DNA of 64,000 nt from Squalus acanthias (Eukaryota): NCBI GenBank assembly GCA_030390025.1, contig CM059432.1, positions 1 through 64,000 on the forward strand, read 5' to 3'. A program made the position numbers and the translations under genes. Positions 48,065 to 61,268 of the stretch are shown here, in pieces. Each line of letters begins with the position of its first letter. The first letter of the stretch is position 1. The notes under the pieces are model-generated. The model saw only the letters and a list, made by a program, of their open reading frames with translations, was not told where the DNA came from and made no database searches.

Positions 48065-49005
48065 GCTCTCTCTCACTCTCGCTCGCTCTCTCTCTCTGTC
48101 GCTTGCGCTCTCTCGCTCTCGCTCTCTCTCACTCTCGCTCGCTCTCTCTCTCTCTCTTGCTTGCGCTCTCTCGCTCTCGCTCTCTCACTCTCGCTCGCTC
48201 TCTCTCTCTCTCTCGCTTGCTCTCTCTCTCTCTCGCTCTCTCTCTCTCACTCACTCACTCACTCTCTCTCTCTCGCTCTCTCTCACTCTCGCTCGCTCTC
48301 TCTCTCTCTCTCGCTTGCTCTCTCTCTCTCTCGCTCTCTCTCTCTCACTCACTCACTCACTCTCTCTCTCTCGCTCTCTCTCACTCTCGCTCGCTCTCTC
48401 TCTCTCTCTCTCGCTTGCTCTCTCTCTCTCTCGCTCTCTCTCTCTCACTCACTCACTCACTCTCTCTCTCTCGCTCTCTCTCACTCTCGCTCGCTCTCTC
48501 TCTCTCTCTCTCGCTCTCTCTCTCTCACTCACTCACTCACTCTCTCTCACTCTCGCTCGCTCTCTCTCTCTCTCTCTCGCTTGCGCTCTCTCGCTCTCGC
48601 TCTCTCTCACTCTCGCTCGCTCTCTCTCTCTCTCTCTCGCTTGCGCTCTCTCGCTCTCGCTCTCTCACTCTCGCTCGCTCTCTCTCTCGCTTGCGCTCTC
48701 TCGCTCTCGCTCTCTCTCACTCTCGCTCGCTCTCTCTCTCTCTCTCTCGCTTGTGCTCTCTCGCTCTCTCACTCTCGCTCGCTCTCTCTCTCGCTCTCTC
48801 ACTCTCGCTCGCTCTCTCTCTCTCTCGCTTGCTCTCTCTCTCTCGCTCTCTCTCTCTCGCTCTCTCTCACTCTCGCTCGCTCTCTCTCTCTCTCTCTCTC
48901 GCTCTCTCTCACTCTCTCACTCTCTCTCTCTTGCTCTCTCTCTCTCTTGCTCTCTCTCTCTCTCGCGCTCTCTCTCTCTCTCTCTCTCTCGCGCTCTCTC
49001 TCGCG

Positions 49006-49058
<53 letters not shown>

Positions 49059-49069
49059 ACACTCTCTCA

Positions 49070-49110
<41 letters not shown>

Positions 49111-49121
49111 TCTCACACTCT
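47935..49121. repeat. (CT)n-based microsatellite with CTCG/CTCA variants
   Basis: Direct inspection. Confidence 0.95.
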
Positions 49122-50737
49122 GGGCTGGATTTTTCCACCCTCGGTGTGTCCGTGGAGGTTGATGTCGGTGGCGTGTAGGGACCTCGCATCTGTCTCGATC
49201 CCGGCCTCCAACAAGATATTCCAATGATTGGGCTTGTTAAACCCGCCCTGCGAGGTTCCCAGCCAATTAACAGGAAGCGTGTCTGCTGACATCACTGGAT
49301 GACGTGTCATCAGCCGGTTTCCTTAAAGGGGCCATGTCCAAATTGATTTGGGCAGTTGTGCTGTCCGTGTTCGACAGCATTGAGGTGCTGCAAACACTGA
49401 CAATCACTGCATAGAGGTGCAGGGCTGCACCCAGGCTCTCCCATGACTCCCTCCATGTGCTTATGGAGGGAGTCACAGCACGCAGGGAGGTCCTCTTCCC
49501 TTCCCATAGGCAGAAGAGACCTCCCCAGGAGATCAACGCAGCCTGGTTGCACATTGCAGAGGAGGACACAAGCAGTGATGTCGTCAGGAGGACCAGGTTG
49601 CAGTGGCACAAACCTTTCAATGATCCCAGTAGATCACGAAACGTTACTGCAAAGCTACACTCAACCTCATCCTGCTGTGCCACTCATCACATGCCCATCA
49701 CTCTGCCTTCCCTACCCTACTTCTGCACATCCTTACTCACATCAACTTACCTTGCACCTCCACCCATCCCTCTCTATCTACATTATCACTTCCCCATCTC
49801 ACTAGCCACCCCTCACACTCACCCTCATCCTAGTCCAATCATAACAACTAACAACACACAAGGGTAGGCACTTGGGTGTTTTAGCCAATGTTCATGTAAA
49901 ATTTCTGTTAATGTGCCGTCAAACATTGAAACCTTTATTTTCAACACTTTGCTTTCTTGGACAGATTTGTGTGCACCTTTGGAAGTATCTTAGTGAGTTG
50001 CAGTGAATGGTGAGACATAACGGTACCCCCCGCAATGGTGATGGGTGCTGATGTCCTGTGTCCTGTGCAGCACCAGCTGACTGTGGAGAAGGTTGGTGTT
50101 GTTGGTGCTGTTGGTGTGCCCGGTGATGCTGGTGTTGGGGCTGATCGTGGTGGGATTCTGAGGACCAAGGTGAGATATTTTCAAAGGCACCGATGCTGAT
50201 GGAATAGATGGCAGGTGAGGGTGAGATGACAGAAGCGATCTGTCTATGTTGAGATAGGTTGTTCTAAAGAGGTGACGGGGATAGAGAGATTACTCCAAAC
50301 ACTTCAAAAGTGCGTAAAGCTCAAAGGTGGGTTCCAAATACTCCAGCCTGAAGCTTCTGAGAGTGGAAAGTGAGCAGCTGTAAAATGGCAGGTTTTAAAC
50401 CACCTTCGGAGCTGTCACCTATTGAAAGAAATGGAGAGTTGTTCAGAACCCGACAGACTGAGCTGGCGCGATCCCCGAGTGACGGGAACCTCCTGGAAAA
50501 CTTGGGAAAATGCTTTGGACCTGGGAAAATGTTGATTTAATTGCTTTAACTACCCTGCTAACCACCAGCACTGCCTGACCCGTCACTTAGTGCCGTGTCT
50601 GCAAAGCGCAATCAGAGCCGGCCCGAGGGAAACTCACAAAGAGGCGGGGTTAGAGCGGGATACCGCCCCGCTGTCAATCACTTGGATTTTGACAGTGGAC
50701 CCGCCTCCGAACCCGACCCCTGAGCAGAATTCAGCCC
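49122..50737 (+). mobile_element. PIF/Harbinger-type element carrying a Myb/SANT-like gene remnant
   Basis: Terminal inverted repeats (TIRs) GGGCTGGATT / AATTCAGCCC. ORF 49457..49867 starts EGVTARREVLFP...W..IA......VRRT..QW.K.FND, a trihelix Myb/SANT pattern. Confidence 0.7.
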
Positions 50738-51267
50738 TTTCTCTCTCTCTCTCTCACTCTCTCACTCACACACACTCTCTCTCTCTCACACACTCTCTCT
50801 CTCTCATCTACACACTCTCTCTCTCTCTCTCTCACACTCTCTCTCTCACACACTCTCTCTCTCTCTCACACTCTCTCTCTCACACACTCTCTCTCTCACA
50901 CACTCTCTCTCTCTCACACACTCTCTCTCTCACACACTCTCTCTCTCTCCCTCACACTCTCTCTCTCTCACACTCTCTCACACACTCTCTCTCTCTCACA
51001 CACACTCTCTCTCTCTCTCACACACTCTCTCTCTCTCTCTCTCTCACACTCTCTCTCTCTCACACTCCTCTCTCTCTCACACTCTCTCTCTCTCACACTC
51101 TCTCTCACACACTCTCTCTCTCACACACTCTCTCTCTCTCTCTCTCACACACTTTCTCTCTCTCACACTCTCTCTCTCACTCTCACTCTCTCTCTCTCAC
51201 TCTCACTCTCACTCTCTCACTCTCTCTCTCACTCTCACACTCTCTCTCTCTCTCACACTCTCTCTCT

Positions 51268-51302
<35 letters not shown>

Positions 51303-51420
51303 TCTCTCACTCTCTCTCTCACTCTCACTCTCTCACACTCTCTCTCTCTCTCTCACACTCTCTCTCACTCTCTCTCTCTCTCACTCTCTCACACACTCTC
51401 TCACACACTCTCTCTCACTC

Positions 51421-51456
<36 letters not shown>

Positions 51457-51916
51457 TCTCTCTCTCTCTCTCACACACTCTCTCTCTCTCTCTCTCACTC
51501 TCTCTCTCACACTCTCTCTCTCTCACTCTCTCTCTCTCTCTCTCTCACTCTCTCTCTCTCTCTCTCTCACTCTCTCTCTCACTCTCACTCTCTCTCTCTC
51601 TCTCTCACACTCTCTCTCTCACACACTCTCTCTCTCTCTCACACACTCTCTCTCACTCTCTCACACACTCTCTCACACTCTCTCTCTCACTCTCACTCTC
51701 ACTCTCTCTCTCACTCTCTCTCTCTCTCTCTCTCTCACACTCTCTCTCTCTCACACACTCTCTCTCTCTCTCACACACTCTCTCTCTCACTCTCACTCTC
51801 TCTCTCTCTCACACTCTCTCTCTCTCACACACTCTCTCTCTCTCTCACACTCTCTCTCTCTCTCACACTCTCTCTCTCTCTCACACTCTCTCACTCTCTC
51901 TCTTCACTCTCTAACA

Positions 51917-51947
<31 letters not shown>

Positions 51948-51950
51948 ACT
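50738..51950. repeat. (CT)n/(CA)n mixed microsatellite
   Basis: Direct inspection. Confidence 0.95.
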
Positions 51951-52404
51951 CCATTCCCACCACTTCAGCCCAGTGATTTCAGGGAAGGGTATTTGCTTTG
52001 CATTCGGTGACTATCCTGTGATATCAGTGGGGGAGGGGGTCTGTTCTGGGGGGAGGGGCAGGTTCAGTTGGAACTATTTACTCCAAGATAACTTCCTACT
52101 TTGTTACAATGTCTTGTATTTTCAACCTGCACCAATTGCTGTAAGCACATTGTGGAAATCTTTAATAAACCAAGGCTGCTTTGGGCAATGCGATGTGTGT
52201 TCCTCATTCCAACAGTTCCGGACACTTTCTGGCTCCCTGTAAGATCAGCTTGAAAATCACCGCCCTCCAACCACCAATGGGTGACTTGTCTGACAAACAG
52301 ACAAAATCAACGGCAGGAAAAGGGCAGCTGCTCCATCAACCCTTCCCCATTCTGCTGTTGTCCCTCCTCCCGGTAAAGCTTTAATGTGGTGAAGGCTTTC
52401 GGTG

Positions 52405-52510
52405 TCAGCTGTGGCTCAGTGGGCAGCACCCTCGCCTCTGAGTCAGAAGATCATGGGATCAAGTCTCACTCCAGAGACTCGAGCACAAAATCTAGGCTGA
52501 CCCTCCAGCA
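52405..52510 (+). mobile_element. tRNA-derived SINE head (Deu/SacSINE-like)
   Basis: A box TGGCTCAGTGG and degenerate B box GGATCAAGTC, running directly into the 33-bp array. Confidence 0.6.
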
Positions 52511-53845
52511 CAGTACTGAGGGAGCGCCGCACTGTCGGAGGGGCAGTACTGAGGGAGCACCGCACTGTCGGAGGGGCAGTACTGAGGGAGCACCGCACTG
52601 TCGGAGGGGCGGTACTGAGGGAGCGCCGCACTGTCGGAGGGGCAGTACTGAGGGAGTGCCGCACTGTCGGAGGGGCAGTACTGAGGGAGCACCGCACTGT
52701 CGGAGGGGCAGTACTGAGGGAGCACCGCACTGTCGGAGGGTCAGTACTGAGGGAGCACCTCACTGTCAGAGGAGCAGTACTGAGGGAGCACCGCACTGTC
52801 GGAGGGGCAGTACTGAGGGAGCACCGCACTGTCGGAGGAGCAGTACTGAGGGAGCGCCGCACTGTCGGAGGAGCAGTACTGAGGGAGCACCGCACTGTCG
52901 GAGGGGCAGTACTGAGGGAGCACCGCACTGTCGGAGGGGCAGTACTGAGGGAGCACCGCACTGTCTGAAAGGCAGTACTGAGGGAGCACCGCACTGTCGG
53001 AGGGACAGTACTGAGGGAGCGCCGCACTGTCGGAGGGACAGTACTGAGGGAGCGCCGCACTGTCGGAGGGTCAGTACTGAGGGAGCGCCGCACTGTCTGA
53101 GGAGCAGTACTGAGGGAGCACCGCACTGTCGGAGGGACAGTACTGAGGGAGCGCCGCACTGTCGGAGGGACAGTACTGAGGGAGCGCCGCACTGTCGGAG
53201 GGGCAGTACTGAGGGAGCGCCGCACTGTCTGAGGAGCAGTACTGAGGGAGAGCCGCACTGTCGGAGGGGCAGTACTGAGGGAGAGCCGCACTGTCGGAGG
53301 GGCAGTACTGAGGGAACGCCGCACTGTCGGAGGGGCAGTACTGAGGGAGAGCCGCACTGTCGGAGGGGCAGTACTGAGGGAGTGCTGCACTGTCGGAGGG
53401 GCAGTACTGAGGGAGCGCCGCACTGTCGGAGGGACTGTACTGAGGGAGCGCCGCACTGTCGGAGGGGCGGTACTGAGGGAGCGCCGCACTGTCGGAGGGG
53501 CAGTACTGAGGGAGCGCTGCACTGTCGGAGGGGCAGTACTGAGGGAGCGCTGCACTGTCGGAGGGTCAGTACTGAGGGAGCGCCGCACTGTCGGAGGGGC
53601 AGTACTGAGGGAGCGCCGCACTGTCGGAGGGGCAGTACTGAGGGAGCGCCGCACTGTCGGAGGGGCAGTACTGAGGGAGCGCCGCACTGTCGGAGGGGCA
53701 GTACTGAGGGAGCGCCGCACTGTCAGAGGGGCAGTACTGAGGGAGCGCCGCACATTTGGAGGGACAGTACTGAGGGAGCGCCGCACATTTGGAGGGACAG
53801 TACTGAGGGAGCGCCGCGCTGTCGGAGGGTCAGTACTGAGGGAGT
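52511..53845. repeat. 33-bp minisatellite, about 40 copies (cagtactgagggagcgccgcactgtcggagggg)
   Basis: Direct tandem repeat. Confidence 0.95.
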
Positions 53846-55098
53846 CTTCTTCTTCTTAGGCAGTCCCTCGCAACCGAGGATGACTTGCTTCCACACTAAA
53901 AATTAGTTCTCAGGTGACTGATGAGTCCAATGCAGGACCTACAGTCTCTGTCATGGGTGGGGCAAACGGTGGTTGAAGGGGCGGGTGGGGTGCTTGGGTT
54001 GACGTGCGCTCCTTCCGCTGTTTGCGCTTGGCTTCCGCTTGCTCCCGGCGAAGAGACTCGAGGTGTTCGGCGCCTTCCCGGATGCTTCTCCTCCACTTTG
54101 TACGGTCTTGGGCCAGGGATTCCCAGGTGTTGGTCGGGATGTTGCACTTTTTCAAGGAGGCTTTGAGGGTGTCCTTGAAGCGTTTCCTCTGTCCTCCTGG
54201 GGCTCTCTTGCCGTGTCGGAGTTCCGAGTAGAGCGCTTGCTTTGGGAGTTTCGTATTGGGCATGCGGACGATTTGGCCCGTCCATCGGAGCTGATCGAAA
54301 GTGGTCAAAGCTTCGATGCTGGGGATGTTGTCCTGAGCGAGAACACTGACGCTGGTGCGCCTATCCTGCCAATGGATTTGCAGGATCTTGCGGAGGCAGC
54401 GCTGGTGGTACCTCTCCAGTGCTTTGAGGTGCCAGCTGTATATGGTCCATGTCTCTGAAGCATACAGGAGGACGGGTATCACTGCTGCTCTGTAGACCAT
54501 GAGCTTGGTGCCGGGTTTGAGGTCCTGGTCATGAAACACTCTCTTCCTCAGGCGACCGAAGGCTGCACTGACACACTGAAGGCGGTGTTGGACTTCATCA
54601 TCGACGTCTGCCCTTGTTGACAGTAGGCTCCTGAGGTATGGAAAGTGGTCCACGTTGTCCAAGGCCTCATCATGGATTTTGATAATCGGGGGGCAGTACT
54701 GTGTGGCGGGGGCAGGTTGGTCGAGAACCTTTGTCTTACGGATGTTTAGTGTAAGGCCTATGCTCTCGTACGCTTCAGTGAAGCTGTTGACAATGGTTTG
54801 GAGTTCGGCCTCAGAGTGAGCGCAGACGCAAGCATCGTCTGCATACTGTAATTCGATGACAGAGGATCGGACGACCTTGGATCTGGACTGGAGGCGACGG
54901 AGGTTGAACTGTTTCCCATTTGTTCTGTAAATTAGCTCCACTCCAGTGGGGAGCTTACTGAGGGTGGGATGGAGCATTGCAGCAAGGAAGATCGAGAAGA
55001 GCGTTGGTGCGATGACACAGCCTTGCTTGACCCCGGTCCGTACATGAATTGGGTCTGTGGTGGATCCGTTGGTCAGGATCACGGCTTTCATGTCGTCG
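53846..55098 (-). mobile_element. RTE-clade LINE, 5'-truncated
   Basis: ORF 53910..55091 has QYADD. A (GAA)n tail lies at 53846-53856. It is the same family as 40968-42287. Confidence 0.9.
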
Positions 55099-55817
55099 TG
55101 AGGGTTAGCCTAACATCAGTAGTAGAGAAAATGCTAGAGTCTATTATAAAGGATGTGATAACAGAACACTTAGAAAATATCAACAGGATTAGACAAAGTC
55201 ATCATGGATTTATGAAAGGGAAATTGTGTTTGACAAAACTACTGGAGTTTTTTGAGGATGTAACTGGTAGAATAGATAAGGGAGAACCAGTGAATGTGGT
55301 GTATTTGGATTTTCAGAAGGCCTTTGATAAAGTCCCTCATAAGAGGTTAGTGTGCAAAATTAAAGCAAATGGGATTGGGGGTAATATACTGGCATGGATT
55401 GAAAATTGGTTAACAGACAGGAAACAGAGAGCAGGAATAAATGGGTCTTTTTTGGGGTGGCAGGCGGTGTCTAGTGGGGTACTGCAGGGATCAGTGCTTG
55501 GGCCCCAGCTATTCACTATATATATCAATGATTTGGATGAGGGAACCAAATGTAATAGTTCCAAGTTTGCTGACGACACAAAACTAGGTGGGATTGTGAG
55601 TTGTGAGGAGGATGCAAAGATGCTTCAAGGCGATTTAGACAAGTTGAGTGAGTGGGCAAATTCATGGCAGATGAAGTATAACGCGGATGAATGTGAAGTT
55701 ATCCACTTCGGTAGGAAAAACAGAAAGGCACTGTATTATTTAAATGGTGATAGATTGGGAAATGTTGATGTGCAAAGGGACCTGGGTGTCCTTGTACACC
55801 AGTCACTGAAAGCAAAC
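55099..55817 (+). mobile_element. CR1 RT fragment
   Basis: VSLTSVV...DFQKAFD...KFADD in ORF 54969..55916. Confidence 0.85.
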
Positions 55818-58800
55818 ATAAAGCCCGAGACTCGAGGCCCAGACCGAGCTATTGGGAGCAGCAGCGAGAGCGGACCGACCTGTGAGGGAACAGGCGAAGG
55901 AGGAGCGAGGAAATAAAGCCCGAGGCTCGAGGCCCAGACCGAGCTATTGGGAGCAGCAGCGAGAGTGGACCTCAACAGGCAACATTCGAAAGTGATGTCA
56001 GAGATTAAAAGTGACGTCGGCACAAGGGAAGGAGCTGATTGGTCAGTAGTACCTAGTGAGTATTTCTACAGTCCAGTTGTTAAAGTCAAAGTAAGGTCTC
56101 TAGTTTAGAGTAAGTAGTGTTTAAAGTGAAGTAAGGTCCCTAGTGTATTTAACATTCTTTAATTTAAAGGAAGTAAAGGGAGTAAATTAAGGGTAGGTCA
56201 TGGCAGGGCAGCTCAGCAGCATGGAGTGCTCCTCCTGTGCTATGTGGGAAGTCAGGGACACTTTCAGTGTCCAGGGCGAACACGTGTGCAGGAAGTGTCT
56301 CCAGCTGCAGCTACTCGAAATCCATGTTTCGGAGCTGGAGCTGCGGCTGGAGTCACTGTGGAGCATCCGCGAGGCTGAGATCTTCGTGGATAGCACGTTT
56401 AACGAGGTGGTCACACCGCAGGTAAAGAGTGCACAGGCAGAAAGGGAATGGGTGACCGCCAGACAGAGTAAAAGAACTAGGAAGGTAGTGCAGGAGTCCC
56501 CTGGGTCCATCTCTCTCGCCAACAGATTTTCCGTTTTGGATACTGCTGGGGGAGATGGTTTCTCAGGAGAATGCAGCAAGAGCCAAGTCCGTGGCACTAC
56601 GAGTGGCTCAGCTGCACAGGAGGGGAGGAAAGAGAGTGGGAGAGCAATAGTGATAGGGGTTTCTATCGTAAGGGGAACAGATAGATGTTTCTGTGGCCGC
56701 AGACGTAACTCCAGTATAGTATGTCGCCTCCCTGGTGCCAGGGTCAAAGATGTCACTGAGCGGCTGCAGGACATTCTGAAGGGGGAGGGTAAACAGCCAG
56801 AGGTCGTGGTCCATATCGGTACCAACGACATAGGTAGAAAGAGGGACGAGGTCCTGCAAGCAGAATATAGGGAGCTAGGAAATAAATTAAAAAGCAGGAC
56901 CTCAAAGGTAGTAATCTCAGGATTACTCCCAGGGGCCATGCACTAGCGAGAGCAGAAATAGGAAAACAGACCAGATGAATGCGTGGCTGGAGAGATGGTG
57001 TAGGAGGGAGGGATTTCAATTCCTGAGGCATTGGGACCGATTCTGGGGAAGGTGGAACCTGTACAAGCTGGATGGGTTACACCTCGGCAGAAATGGGACC
57101 AACATCTTCGCAGGGGGGTTTGCTAGTGCTGTTGGGAAGGATTTAAATTAGTTTGTCAGGGGGCTGGGAACATAAGAACATAAGAACATAAGAAATAGGA
57201 GCAGGAGTAGACCAATCGGCCCCTCGAGCCTGCTCCGCCATTCAAGGAGATCATGGCTGATCTGATCCAACCTCAACTCTAAAGAACACAAGAAGTAGGA
57301 GCAGGACCAGGCCACTCGGCCCCTGGGCCCGCTCCGCCACCCACAGGGCCTTGACCGATCCGAACTCAAACTCATGTCCAATTTCCTGCCCGCTCCCCGT
57401 AACCCCTAATTCCCTTTACTTCTGGGAAGCGGTCTATTTCTGTTTTAAATTTATTTAATGAAGTAGCTTGCACAGCTTCCTGGGGTAGCAAATTCCACAG
57501 ACCTACTACCCTCTGAGTGAAAAAGTTTCTCCTCATCTCAGTTTTGAAAGAGCAGCCCCTTATTCTAAGATTATGTCCCCTAGTTCTAATTTCACCCATC
57601 ATTGGGAACATCCTCACCGCGTCCACCCGATCAAGCCCCTTCACAATCTTAAATGTTTCAATAAGATCGCCTCTCATTCTTCTGAACTCCAATGAGTAGT
57701 GTCCCAAATTACTCAACCTCTCCTCGTATGTCCACCCCCTCATCCCCGGAATTAACCGAGTGAACCTTCTTTGTACTGCCTCGAGAGCAAGTATGTCTTT
57801 TCTTAAGTATGGACACCAAAACTGTATGCAGTACTCCAGGTGCGGTCTCACCAATACCCTATAAAACTGCTGCAATACCTCCCTGTTTTTATATTCTATC
57901 CCCCTAAGTGTGGGCCCAGAACGGAGAGAAACAAAGCTGGAAGTGCAAGTTGGAAAAGTAGTCAGCAAAACTAGTAGGGAGCAGAAACAAAGGCCAACAG
58001 TAAAGAGGGTCAAAGTGCAGAAAAATATTAAACAGGCAAAGTTGAAGGCACTTTATCTAAATGCACGTAGCATTTGCAACAAGGTGGATGAATTAATGGC
58101 ACAAATAGAAGTAAATGGGTATAAAGTAATTGCCATTACAGAGACATGGTTGCAGGGTAACCAAAGCTGGGAACTGAATGTTCCAGGGTACTCAACATTT
58201 AGGAAGGACAGACAAAAAGGAAAAGGAGGTGGCATAGTGCTGTTAGTAAGGGATGAGATCGAAACGGTAGAGATAAAAGATCTTGGCTCGGCAGATCGTG
58301 ATGTAGAACTGGAATCAGTTTGGGTGGATCTAAGAAACAGCAAAGGGCAGAAAACATTGGTGGGAGTTGTGTATCGGCCACCAAACAGTAATGGTAATGT
58401 AGGGCACAGTATCAATCAAGAGATTAGAAGTGCATGTAACAAGGGCAATACGGTAATCATGGGGGACTTTAATCTACATATTGACTGGGCAAATCAAATT
58501 ACCACTAATGGTGTGGAGGACGAATTCTTGGAATGCATGCGAGATGGTTTCCTGGATCAGTATGTGGAGGAACCAACCAGGGAACAGGTTATTCTGGATC
58601 TGCTACTGTGTAATGAGAAAGGGCTAATCAATAATCTTGTGGTAAAGGGGCTTTTAGGGACAAGTGACCATAATATGATTGAATTTTACATTAAGTTTGA
58701 GAGTGATGTAGTCCAATCTGAAATTAAGGTCTTCAATCGAAACAGAGGAAACTACAAGGGTATGAGGGACAAGTTGGCCATGGTAGATTGGGAGACTACA

Positions 58801-60912
58801 CTGAAAGGTATGAAGGTGGACATACATTGGCTAACATTCAAGGAAATAATGCATAACTTGCAACAAACATATATTCCTCTAGGGCATAAAAACCCAAAAG
58901 GAAAAGTGATCCAACCATGGCTAACAAAAGAAATTAAAGCTAATATTAAGTCAAAGTAGGAAGCTTATAAAGTTGCCAGAAAAAGCGGTAAGCCTGAGGA
59001 TTGGGATCTTTTTAGAAATCAGCAAAGGGGGAGCAAGAAATTGATAAAGAAAGGGAAAATGGAATATGAGCACAAACTGGCGAAAAATATAAAAACAGAT
59101 TGTAAAAGCTTCCATAGGTATGTGAAAAGGAAAAGACTGGCGAAGGTAAATGTAGGTCCTTTACAGTCAGAGACGGGAGAATTTATAATGGGGAATGAGG
59201 AAATGGCAATGAAATTAAAAAGATACTTTGTTTCTGTCTTCACGGAGTCAGACACAAAAAACCTCCCAGAAATACGAGAAAATCAAGGGTGTGACGAGAA
59301 TGAGGAACTTAAAGAAATTATTATTAGTAAAAAAACAGTACTAGCAAAATTAATGGGACTAAAAGTCAATAAATCCCAAGGACCGGAAGACCTTTTTCCT
59401 AGGGTTTTGAAAGAGGTGGCCATTGGAATAGTGGACGCATTGGTTGTCATCTTCCAAAATTCTATAGATTCTGGAACGGTTCCTGCAGATTGGAGGATAG
59501 CAAATGTAACCCTGCTATTTAAGAAAGGAGGGAGAGAGAAAACGGGGAACTACAGACCTGTTATAAAGGATGCAATAACTGGGCACTCAGAAACTAATAG
59601 TAAGATTGGGCAGAGTCAACATGGATTTATGAAAGGCAAATCCTGTTGGACAAACCTATTGGAGTTCTTTGAGGATGTAACTAGTGGAGTAGACAAAGGG
59701 GAGCCGGTAGATGTGGTGTATCTGGATTTTCAGAAGGCCTTCGATAAGGTCCCACACAAGAGGTTGGTGAACAAAATTAGGGCACATGAAATTGGGGGTA
59801 ATATACTAGCATAGATTGAGAATTGGTTAACAGACAGAAAACAAAGAGTAGGGATAAACGGGTCTTTTTCAGGATGGCAGGCTATGACTTGTGGGGTACC
59901 GCAAGGATCGGTGCTTGGGCCCCAGCTATTCACAATCTATATCAATGATTTGGATGAGGGGACTAAATGTAACATTTCCAAATTTGCTGATGATACAAAG
60001 CTAGGTGACGGTGTCAGTTGCGAAGAGGATGTGAAGAGGCTTCAAGGGGATCTCGACAGGCTCAGTGAGTAGGCGAGTACATGGCAGATGGAATATAATG
60101 TGGATAAATGTGAAGTTATCCACTTTGGTAGAAAAAACAGAAAGGCAGAGTATTTCCTAAATGGTGAAAGATTGGGGAATGCAGATGCTCAAAGGGGTGT
60201 TCTTGTACATGAGTCATTGAAAGTGAATGTGCAGGTGCAGCAAATCATTAGGAAGGCAAATGGTATGCTGGCCTTCATTACAAGAGAGTTTGAGTACAGG
60301 AGTAAAGAAGTCTTACTCCAAATATACAGGACCTTGGTGAGACCACACCTGGAGTACTGTGTACAATTTTGGTCTCCTTACCTAAGGAAGTATATACTTA
60401 CCATAGAGGGAGTGCAACGAAGGTTCACGAGATTGATTCCTGGGATGGCGGGACTGTCGTATGAGAAGAGATTGAGTAAACTAGGCCTGTATTCTCTTGA
60501 ATTCAGAAGAATGAGAGGGGATCTCATTGAAGCATACAAAACTATTACAGGGCTTGATAGGGTGGATGCTGGGAGAATGTTTCCCTTGGCTGGGGAGTCT
60601 AGAACCAGGGGCTACAGCCTCAGGATAAAGGGTAGGCCATTCAGGACTGAGATGAGAAGAAATGTCTTCACACAGAGGGTGGTGAACCTTTGGAATTCTC
60701 TACCCCAGAGGGCTGTGGAGGTTCAGTCATTGGGTATATTCAAAACAGAAATCGATAGATTTCTGACTAGTAAGGGCATCAAGGGATATGGCGATAGAGC
60801 CGGTGAATGGAGTTGAGGCAGAAGATCAGCCATGATCTCATTGAATGGCGGAGCAGGCTCGAAGGGCCGAATGGCCGACTCCTGCTCCTATTTTACTATG
60901 TTTCTATGTTTC
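55818..60912 (+). mobile_element. Near-full-length CR1 LINE 'D' (5' UTR, ORF1 zinc finger/zipper/esterase, ORF2 endonuclease-RT, tail), interrupted at 57169-57907
   Basis: ORF1 56200..56946 has CSSC...CRKC, heptad leucines and HIGTND. ORF2 survives as pieces over 57910..60816 and ends in a CR1 tail. The 5' UTR contains a duplicated motif of about 60 bp. Confidence 0.88.
57169..57907 (-). mobile_element. CR1 3' fragment with doubled 3' tail
   Basis: ORF 57372..58013. It has the same extended 3' UTR as 37335-37540. Confidence 0.85.
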
Positions 60913-61268
60913 AGTGATACTTCCCTCAAACAAGAGTTCCTGACCGACCTGTTCTTCAATCCTTTCAGGAGTTTTGTGAAGAGTCACTTATTTCTTTGCA
61001 CAAGCATCTCTCATAGAGAATACTCAGACATTTGGAGCAGAAGATAAGACATGCTTTCCCTGCCGCACCCCCGCTGCTATCCTGTTCACCTCGGAAAGCC
61101 GGTTGCTCCAAGCCACAAGGAAGTTCGATTATTAAGAACATAAGAATTAGGAGCAGGAGTCGGCCATTCGGCCCCTCGAGCCGGCTCCGCCATTTAATGA
61201 GATCATGGCTGATGTTCGACCTCAACTCCACTTTCCCGCCTGATCTCCATATCCCTTTGATTCCCTTA

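Noticed and set aside
47914..52242. Long Ser/Leu ORFs (437, 333, 287 and 550 aa)
   Set aside because: They are translations of (CT)n microsatellites.
52386..53906. 506-aa and 447-aa repeat ORFs
   Set aside because: They arise from a stop-free 33-bp unit open on both strands, with no evidence of coding function.
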